A DNA stretch of 32,848 bases, from positions 1-32,848 of the forward strand of contig JANLHO010000049.1 in the NCBI GenBank assembly GCA_024654485.1, in the 5' to 3' direction. Shown here in pieces: positions 17,753 through 23,880 of the stretch. Source of the DNA: Patescibacteria group bacterium. Lineage in GTDB: Bacteria > Patescibacteriota > Minisyncoccia > Phycocordibacterales > UBA2100. The translations under genes were made by a program, and so were the position numbers. Under the pieces are notes generated by a model. It was not told the origin of the DNA. It saw only the letters and a list, made by a program, of their open reading frames with translations, and ran no database searches. The stretch's first letter is position 1. The number at the start of each line of letters is the position of its first letter.

Positions 17753-18814
17753 ATGAGCGAAAAACTAAAACCATCTCAAGTAGCAGCCAGACGCGGTCAG
17801 GAGCAATTACGCACAGTCGGGGAATTCACACCTCCTCCGGGGTGGTTTGCAGATGATTTCACGCAGTACGCTCGCGAAGATTCCGCAGAATATGGAAATC
17901 TTTTTCGCGGTGCTCTCTCACTTTATAAGAATGCGGAACAAGCTCGTGAAGCTGTTCAGAATACCCTCGCAAGGGCATGGGAATCCCATGGGCAATTCAA
18001 GCAAGGCTCCCACATGGCAGCCTGGCTATATACAATCCTACGCAACAACTTCCTAGACGAGAAAAGACGCGAGAAGACCGCCGCTTTATACAACACGCTG
18101 GAGAATAATCTTATGGGGGAGCATGGCGCGCTAGAATCTACGCCCGAGGAAGCAGTGTACGCAAAACAGATAGCAGAGCAAATTGACAAGTTGCCGCCCG
18201 ACATGAGAGCTGCTGTTCTTGCAGTGCATCGTTCGGGCTCATTTAAAGATGCCGCCAAAGAGACAGGGATGTCGCCGGAAAGAATCCGCGAGCTGCTTGA
18301 AATAACGAAGGGCATCATAACGAGTCGGGATGGTGAGGGCGATAGAATAGAAATCCAGCGCCCACCAGATAAGAAAAAGTTTGAAGATTTCATGTCAAGA
18401 CAGGACATTGAAAGATACCTTCCGCGCCTTCAGCAAAAATCAAGAGATGCATACACAAAAGTAGTGTTGGAGGGTAAGACATATAGTAATGCGACGAAAG
18501 AGCTTGGAATTTCCGAAGGCACTCTCAAATCACGTCTCTTTCGCGCCAGACAAAAATTATCGGAGTTAACGGGCGTGCTTATTGACGCTGTAACAAAAGA
18601 AAGCAGCTTACGCTCGTGGTACGAAGCTCGTCCCGAGTCATTTCGCAATGCTATAAAAAGATCAGGCCTGTCGCCTCGCCAGACTGATGTAATAAATCTT
18701 ATTATGGAAGGAAATGGCTCTGCTGAAATAGCAGACAAGCTAGGCGTAAAACTATTATCTGCGCGATCATATATTCAGCACGTGTACGACAAAATCTCCC
18801 CCCATCTTGAGTGA
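17753..18814 (+). CDS. ECF-like sigma-70 factor with sigma2, two sigma4-like HTHs and a LuxR-like HTH
   Basis: sigma2 AREAVQNTLARAW...WLYTILRNNFLD; sigma4a IDKLPPDMRAAVL...SFKDAAKETGMS; sigma4b EGKTYSNATKELGISEGTLKSRLFRARQKL; LuxR-like LSPRQTDVINLIMEG.GSAEIADKLG...VYDKI. Confidence 0.75.
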   Translation: MSEKLKPSQVAARRGQEQLRTVGEFTPPPGWFADDFTQYAREDSAEYGNLFRGALSLYKNAEQAREAVQNTLARAWESHGQFKQGSHMAAWLYTILRNNFLDEKRREKTAALYNTLENNLMGEHGALESTPEEAVYAKQIAEQIDKLPPDMRAAVLAVHRSGSFKDAAKETGMSPERIRELLEITKGIITSRDGEGDRIEIQRPPDKKKFEDFMSRQDIERYLPRLQQKSRDAYTKVVLEGKTYSNATKELGISEGTLKSRLFRARQKLSELTGVLIDAVTKESSLRSWYEARPESFRNAIKRSGLSPRQTDVINLIMEGNGSAEIADKLGVKLLSARSYIQHVYDKISPHLE

Positions 18815-18840
18815 TTTCACAAAAAGATCCGCTATCGCGG

Positions 18841-18911
18841 TGGACTTACCGGGAATCGAACCCGGGACTCGGCAATGCGAATGCCGCGTAATGCCACTTT
18901 ACTATAAGCCC
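18841..18911 (-). tRNA. tRNA-Ala(CGC)
   Basis: Acceptor GGGCTTA/TAAGTCC with G3:U70, anticodon arm CGGCA-TTCGCAT-TGCCG, T-loop GGTTCGATT. Confidence 0.93.
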
Positions 18912-18956
18912 TAGTGAGGAACGAAAATGGAAGCTTGCTTTCATTTTCTCCGAACG
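18912..18956 (-). repeat. 45-bp tRNA-abutting element, copy 1
   Basis: CGTTCGGAGAAAATGAAAGCAAGCTTCCATTTTCGTTCCTCACTA; 44/45 identical to 20110-20154; ends exactly at tRNA base 1. Confidence 0.9.
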
Positions 18957-19018
18957 ACGGGTTTATATCGTGAGATATAAGCCCGTGCGCAGAAATATAC
19001 CAGATACGGGAGCCGCGC

Positions 19019-19489
19019 TCAATTGATGAGCCAGATGTGGAGATTGAGATAGCCGGCAAATAGTATCCATGCGAGGTACGGCATTAGGAGATAGGCGGCG
19101 CGACGGTCTACCTCAAACGCGCCGATGATGAGCGAGAGTATTATGAATGCGAGGAAGAGGATGGCTATGAATGCGATAAATACCGCGTGAAGCGAGAAGA
19201 AGAAAAGCGTCCACGCCGCGTTGAAAAGGAGCTGGACGAAGTAGAAGCGCACCCAGCCCTCCACATGCGGCTCAAACGGCCTGTGATTCCATACGATAGA
19301 AAGGGCCATCGCCATGAGCGCATAGAGGATTAGCCACACCAGAGAAAATGCGGCATCCGGCGGCGTAAGCGAGGGCTTCACGAGCTGCGAGTACCATGAG
19401 CCGGCCTGCGTGTCTATGAGGAGATAGCCGATGAACCCTGCAGTATATGTGGCGACAAACGCTACTGCAGTCCGCGTCGTCGCCTTCAT
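19019..19489 (-). CDS. tspO: TspO/MBR tryptophan-rich sensory protein
   Basis: WYSQLVKPSLTPP..AF..VW.ILY.LM, QLLFNAAWT.FFF, LLMPYLAW..FA..LN. Confidence 0.93.
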   Translation of the reverse strand: MKATTRTAVAFVATYTAGFIGYLLIDTQAGSWYSQLVKPSLTPPDAAFSLVWLILYALMAMALSIVWNHRPFEPHVEGWVRFYFVQLLFNAAWTLFFFSLHAVFIAFIAILFLAFIILSLIIGAFEVDRRAAYLLMPYLAWILFAGYLNLHIWLIN

Positions 19490-19596
19490 GTCTTAAGCAT
19501 ATTTCACCGGAGAGGCAAAAATCGCGTTATCCACAGATGCCAAATCGGCGCATAGCGGCTTCCCAGCACGCGATAAATAGATTATCCTGCTCGGAC

Positions 19597-19670
19597 GCAC
19601 CCTTAGCTCAGTTGGTTAGAGCGTTCGATTCACATTCGAAAGGTCTCAGGTTCAAATCCTGAAGGGTGCA
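19597..19670 (+). tRNA. tRNA-Val(CAC)
   Basis: Acceptor GCACCCT/AGGGTGC, D arm TAGCTCAGTTGGTTAGAGC, anticodon arm TTCGA-TTCACAT-TCGAA, T-loop GGTTCAAAT. Confidence 0.92.
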
Positions 19671-19752
19671 CCCGCCTTCGCCGTTTTCGGCGGAGTGCGG
19701 CGCGAGTCCACCATTTGGCCGGTAGTGCGCACGCCGGTTTCGGAGGCTCTGT

Positions 19753-19815
19753 CGGGCTGTAGTATACCTCGGTAGCACAACGCTTCGCGTTGGCTACGGG
19801 GCAAGCCGGTAGTAC
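19753..19815 (+). pseudogene. 5' fragment of a tRNA-Pro(GGG)-like gene, interrupted in the D-loop by a palindrome
   Basis: CGGGCTGTAGTATACC (identical to 20155-20170), insertion, then CCGGTAGTAC. Confidence 0.8.
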
Positions 19816-19851
19816 TTTACAAGACGTGGCGTGAGTGGGGGGTTCTTTTGC

Positions 19852-19922
19852 CGGGGTGTAGTATACCGGTAGTACGCACGCTTCGGGTGCGTGTAGACCG
19901 GGTTCGATTCCCGGCACCCCGA
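19852..19922 (+). tRNA. tRNA-Pro(CGG)
   Basis: Acceptor CGGGGTG/CACCCCG, anticodon arm CACGC-TTCGGGT-GCGTG, T-loop GGTTCGATT. Confidence 0.93.
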
Positions 19923-19966
19923 CAAAAGAACCCCGCTATCGTGCGTACAGTCTTCAGTAGTACAGA

Positions 19967-20027
19967 GGGTTCGACCTGTGCTCCGTAGGCAAACGAAGTT
20001 TGTCCTTCGGGGTTCCCGGCAGCCCGA
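19967..20027 (+). pseudogene. 3' fragment of a tRNA-Pro(GGG)-like gene, interrupted in the T-loop by a palindrome
   Basis: GGGTTCGA, 38-nt insertion (19975-20012), then TTCCCGGCAGCCCGA (identical to 20211-20225). Confidence 0.8.
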
Positions 20028-20109
20028 CAGAGCCTCTGAGAAAGTATTTATGCGGTGCAGAATCATTTTCGTTCCTCACTACGGGCTGTAAGCAAGCTTT
20101 CAGCCCGGG

Positions 20110-20154
20110 CGTTCGGAGAAAATGAAAGCAAGCTTCCATTTTCGCTCCTCACTA
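20110..20154 (+). repeat. 45-bp tRNA-abutting element, copy 2 (partial third copy at 20064-20081)
   Basis: 44/45 identical to the reverse complement of 18912-18956; ends exactly at base 1 of tRNA-Pro(GGG). Confidence 0.9.
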
Positions 20155-20225
20155 CGGGCTGTAGTATACCGGTAGTACGCACGCATGGGGTGCGTGTAGA
20201 CCGGGTTCGATTCCCGGCAGCCCGA
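20155..20225 (+). tRNA. tRNA-Pro(GGG)
   Basis: Acceptor CGGGCTG/CAGCCCG, anticodon arm CACGC-ATGGGGT-GCGTG, T-loop GGTTCGATT. Confidence 0.93.
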
Positions 20226-20261
20226 ATCAAAATCGGCATTTGCAGTGCACCAGGTGCTATA

Positions 20262-20296
20262 CCCCACACCAGCTTTGCCGCAAAGTTGGTGTGGGG
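20262..20296. repeat. REP-like palindrome CCCCACACCAGCTTTGC-C-GCAAAGTTGGTGTGGGG
   Basis: 16/17 complementary arms; similar to 5629-5658; abuts the TATACT box upstream of prs. Confidence 0.75.
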
Positions 20297-20311
20297 GTAT
20301 ACTGGGCTCTC

Positions 20312-21283
20312 ATGGAGTACAAGATATTCAGCCTCGGCTCCAACGACAGCCTCGCGCAGAGGATATCCGACAAGTTGGAGCTTCCCCTGGGGAAGGTAAA
20401 ATGCCGCTCATTCTCCGACGGCGAGCAGCAGGTGCAATTCTTGGAAAATCTGCGGGGCAAGAGCATCTTCCTCGTCCAATCCACCAATCCTCCCGCCGAG
20501 AACTGGGTCCGGCTTCTTCTCGCGATAGACGCTGCGCGCGGAGCTTCGGCGCGAGAGATCACGGTCGTCGCACCATACTTCGGATATTCGCGGCAGGACC
20601 GCAAATCGCGCCCGCGCGAGCCTATCTCGGCGCGCGTCTTCGCGACGACGCTTGAGAGCCTCGGCGCCACTCGCTTCCTAACGATGGATCTGCACAACGA
20701 CGCCATCGGCGGATTTTTCCGCAAGACCATCGTAGACAATCTCTACGCGCGCCGCGACTTCATCGGACATTTTCGCGAGGTCTTCAAGGAAGCGCTTGAT
20801 GGGGACGACCTCGTAGTCGTCTCACCGGATGCCGGAGGCGTGGTACGCGCGCAATCATACGCCAAGCGACTCATGCGCTCGGCCGACCTAGCCATCATCC
20901 ATAAGCAGCGCGAGGTCCCGAATCAGGTCGCCAGCATGAAGCTCATCGGCGACGTCAAAGGCAAGGTCGCGCTCATCGTGGACGATATGGCCGACACGTG
21001 CGGGACGCTCGCGCGCGCGGCGGAGCTCTTGCAGGAGAATGGAGCGCGCGAGGTGTATGCCGCCGCGACGCACGGCCTGCTCTCCGGCGACGCGCTCGCT
21101 ACGATAGGGAACTCTCCGATCAAGAAACTTTTCATCACAGACACCATCTCCACCGACCGCGAGCTCGGCGACAAGGTAGAGGTCGTCTCGGTGGGGGAGA
21201 CTTTCGGCGATGCCATTGATCGCATAGAAACGGGAGAGAGCCTAAGCGCCCTCTTCCAGACCGACGAGGACGACGAGAAGTAA
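20312..21283 (+). CDS. prs: ribose-phosphate pyrophosphokinase
   Basis: FSDGE, PYFGYSRQDRK, MDLH, VSPDAGGV.RA, IVDDMADTCGTL, ATHG. Confidence 0.97.
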   Translation: MEYKIFSLGSNDSLAQRISDKLELPLGKVKCRSFSDGEQQVQFLENLRGKSIFLVQSTNPPAENWVRLLLAIDAARGASAREITVVAPYFGYSRQDRKSRPREPISARVFATTLESLGATRFLTMDLHNDAIGGFFRKTIVDNLYARRDFIGHFREVFKEALDGDDLVVVSPDAGGVVRAQSYAKRLMRSADLAIIHKQREVPNQVASMKLIGDVKGKVALIVDDMADTCGTLARAAELLQENGAREVYAAATHGLLSGDALATIGNSPIKKLFITDTISTDRELGDKVEVVSVGETFGDAIDRIETGESLSALFQTDEDDEK

Positions 21284-21322
21284 TCTCGAACAAATCCGAA
21301 ATACGGTGTATCCTTGAAGCGC

Positions 21323-21394
21323 GCCTCCATCGTTCAACGGATAGGACGCGAGCTTCCGGAGCTCGTAATGTGGGTTCGATTCCTGCTGGAGGCA
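21323..21394 (+). tRNA. tRNA-Arg(CCG)
   Basis: Acceptor GCCTCCA/TGGAGGC, anticodon arm CGAGC-TTCCGGA-GCTCG, T-loop GGTTCGATT. Confidence 0.93.
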
Positions 21395-21417
21395 CAAGAT
21401 ATCGTTTGCCTCTGCTG

Positions 21418-21442
21418 GCTACAAGCTGTAAGCTACAAGCTA
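21418..21442 (+). repeat. heptamer tandem array GCTACAA/GCTGTAA
   Basis: GCTACAA GCTGTAA GCTACAA GCTA, just before the tRNA-Ala pseudo-copy. Confidence 0.7.
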
Positions 21443-21447
21443 TCCTA

Positions 21448-21559
21448 GGGCCTATAGTATAGCGGTACCCGCCCGAACGACTGACGTCGTTCAGTCGGGC
21501 GGGGAACGCCTCCACCCGCCCGAACGTACCGTTCGGTACGGGCGGGTGGCATGGTGGAG
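21448..21559 (+). pseudogene. duplicate of the 5' 44 nt of tRNA-Ala(GGC), interrupted by two palindromic insertions
   Basis: GGGCCTATAGTATAGCGGTA [36 nt, 21468-21503] GAACGCCTCCA [32 nt, 21515-21546] TGGCATGGTGGAG. With the insertions removed it is 43/44 identical to 21796-21839. Confidence 0.9.
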
Positions 21560-21562
21560 CCT

Positions 21563-21805
21563 ATGGTATACACAGTCTACGTCTTGAAGGACGATCTAAA
21601 CAGGTTGTATAAGGGTATGACGAAGAATCTCTCTGGCCGTATCGCTCAACACAAGAATGGCCATACGATAACCACAGCAAAAATGAAGAATTTGCGCGTT
21701 GCATATACCGAGGAATTTGATAACTTTGAGGGCGCAAGGAAGCGCGAATTGTATTTCAAATCTGCAGCGGGCAGGCGTTTTCTGAAGAAAAAACTGGGCC
21801 TATAG
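21563..21805 (+). CDS. stand-alone GIY-YIG nuclease (UPF0213/YhbQ-like), 80 aa
   Basis: YTVYVL...LYKGMTKNL..RIAQHKNG...T.K...YTEEF....ARKRELYFKS..GR. The stop codon lies inside the downstream tRNA. Confidence 0.92.
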   Translation: MVYTVYVLKDDLNRLYKGMTKNLSGRIAQHKNGHTITTAKMKNLRVAYTEEFDNFEGARKRELYFKSAAGRRFLKKKLGL

Positions 21806-21866
21806 TATAGCGGTAGAACGCCTCCATGGCATGGAGGAGGTCGGGGTTCGACTCCCCGTAGGTCCA
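21796..21866 (+). tRNA. tRNA-Ala(GGC)
   Basis: Acceptor GGGCCTA/TAGGTCC with G3:U70, anticodon arm CCTCC-ATGGCAT-GGAGG, T-loop GGTTCGACT. Confidence 0.93.
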
Positions 21867-22194
21867 CAAAAATAAGGAGAACATCCCGAAGCGATTAATC
21901 TTCGCACGCGGCGCGTGCGTGGTGGCTTTGTACTCTGCCTCACGATTCGACTTCGTGCCGACTCTCTCGGGCGCGCGAGTACGCCACGCCCTCGGCCCCC
22001 GCCCCGCCGCCAATCCTCTCCGCCAAAGGCGGACAGGCATTCTCATCTATTTCGCGGGGGGATTTGAAAAAAGGAATGGGCGGCAGGAGGCAGGGTCGGC
22101 TTCCATTCTCGAAAATTAAATTCTAGATTCGGTGTCTAACACGGGGCCCACTATTAGTGACGAATGTGATATATAAAGTATAATGACACCCCAT

Positions 22195-23352
22195 ATGGAA
22201 GCAACAATTAAAAAAATGTTACTGCACGCAGGGATAGAGGTTGGCGGCAAAAAACGAGGGGATATCACGGTGCATAACCCCCGATTTTATTCTCGAATTT
22301 TAAAAAATGGCACTTTGGGTATTGGAGAGTCATATATGGACGGGGATTGGGACTCTAATGATTTGACTGAAACGGCCAATAAAGCATTCAAGGTGAATCT
22401 TAGAAGATCTCTTGCTAGTTTTTCGTTAAAAGATGCTTTCCATGTTGCGCACTCGTATCTTACCAATTTGCAAACTAAAAAACGCTCCTACGACGTTGGA
22501 GAAGAACATTACGATGTTGGAAATGATCTGTATGAAGCGATGCTCGGCAAGAGCATGGCATACACCTGCGCATACTGGAGGAATGGCGCCAAGACTCTCG
22601 ATGAAGCACAAAACGCAAAGTTCGATCTCGTATGCAGAAAAGTCGGCTTAAAAAGCGGCGACTCTATACTTGATCTTGGCTGCGGCTTCGGAAGTTTTCT
22701 CAGATACGCTGCAGAAAAATATGGAGTGAGTGGTCTTGGCGTAACAGTGTCAAAAGAGCAGGCGCGGTTCGCGAATGAACGGAACAAAGACCTTCCCGTC
22801 CAAGTCTTGGTACAGGATTATCGAGATCCAATACTCGATGATGCAGGCAACACACGCGTGTTTGACCACGTTATTTCTATTGGGCTATGTGAACACGTTG
22901 GACCGAGGAATTATCGGACTCTTATGCAAGTGGTTGACCGGCATCTCAAGCCGGGTGGATTACTCTTACTCCACACGATAGGTCAGCCAAAATCGATTAG
23001 AGCAAATGACGCGTGGACACATAAGTATATTTTCCCTAATTCTCAAGCTCCATCGCTTGCGCAAATTGCAAGATCTGCAGAGAAGATTTTCAACATTGAA
23101 GATGTTCACACATTTGGAACTGACTATGAGCCGACCGTACTCGCATGGTACAAAAACTTTTCCGATGCGTGGCCAATGCTTAAGGAAATCAAAAAACCCG
23201 ACGGCACACCTCGCTACACCGAAAGATTCCGAAGGATGTGGGAATTTTATTTACTATGTGGAGCCGGACTTTCGCGTTCGCAAAAATCATCCTTATGGCA
23301 GATTGTTTTCTCACGAGGAGACATTGCGGGTGGCTACCGATCTATTAGATAA
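22195..23352 (+). CDS. cfa: cyclopropane-fatty-acyl-phospholipid synthase
   Basis: LGIGESYMDGDW, HYDVGNDLY..ML...MAYTCAYW, LDLGCGFG, EHVG..NY, KYIFPN, RMWEFYL. Start is 22183 or 22195. Confidence 0.93.
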   Translation: MEATIKKMLLHAGIEVGGKKRGDITVHNPRFYSRILKNGTLGIGESYMDGDWDSNDLTETANKAFKVNLRRSLASFSLKDAFHVAHSYLTNLQTKKRSYDVGEEHYDVGNDLYEAMLGKSMAYTCAYWRNGAKTLDEAQNAKFDLVCRKVGLKSGDSILDLGCGFGSFLRYAAEKYGVSGLGVTVSKEQARFANERNKDLPVQVLVQDYRDPILDDAGNTRVFDHVISIGLCEHVGPRNYRTLMQVVDRHLKPGGLLLLHTIGQPKSIRANDAWTHKYIFPNSQAPSLAQIARSAEKIFNIEDVHTFGTDYEPTVLAWYKNFSDAWPMLKEIKKPDGTPRYTERFRRMWEFYLLCGAGLSRSQKSSLWQIVFSRGDIAGGYRSIR

Positions 23353-23365
23353 CCGTTTGGGAGCC

Positions 23366-23404
23366 ATCCCCGCCGTTTTATACTGTTCCTCAAACGGCGG
23401 GGAT
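23366..23404 (+). terminator. hairpin after cfa, possible terminator
   Basis: ATCCCCGCCGTTT...AAACGGCGGGGAT, 13-bp perfect arms; no clear U-tract. Confidence 0.45.
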
Positions 23405-23880
23405 GATTGTGCGCGCGTGGGTGGGTCTGGGGCAAGCACATACGGATTTGCGCCTCGCCATTCCTTTAAGAATTTTGTATGGCGAGGTGCCACTTGCATT
23501 CCTGATTTTGTGCAAACGGCTCGTTTGGTGCATTCGAGCCGTTTGCTCCTCATTGTATTTGAATCCCGCCCGCACCCTTTTTCAAAAGTCAGTCAGGGTT
23601 CTCCGCAAAATGGGTTCTGATTTTTTGATACAGTGACTACACAAAACTAGAGTCCAAGCCGTAGCTCGCCGGCTTCGCTGCGCTACGCCAGTCTTCCTTG
23701 AGATCCGTGTCGGTGCGCGGAGCTTTTGGGAGAACGCATAAGAGACAGGATATGCCATGGAGTAATGATAGACATCCTCACTCGTCTTCCTCTAGAGAGG
23801 AACTTAATGAAATCCACATTGTCCGGACTCTACTATAAAAGCTGCGTTTATAAGATAAATACCATACTAACTAATTACAT

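Noticed and set aside
19703-19713. CGAGTCCACCA as a tRNA 3' end or att site
   Set aside because: Only ~10 nt with no preceding T-arm; cannot be distinguished from chance.
19753-20027. Spliced, split or permuted functional tRNA-Pro
   Set aside because: The shell has no anticodon stem-loop of its own, and the 5' strand of the T-stem is incomplete (GAGGG instead of CCGGG).
21448-21559. Intron-containing functional tRNA-Ala
   Set aside because: The copy stops after nt 44 and has no T-arm or 3' acceptor strand. The inserts are 32-36 nt with no group I/II or bulge-helix-bulge features.
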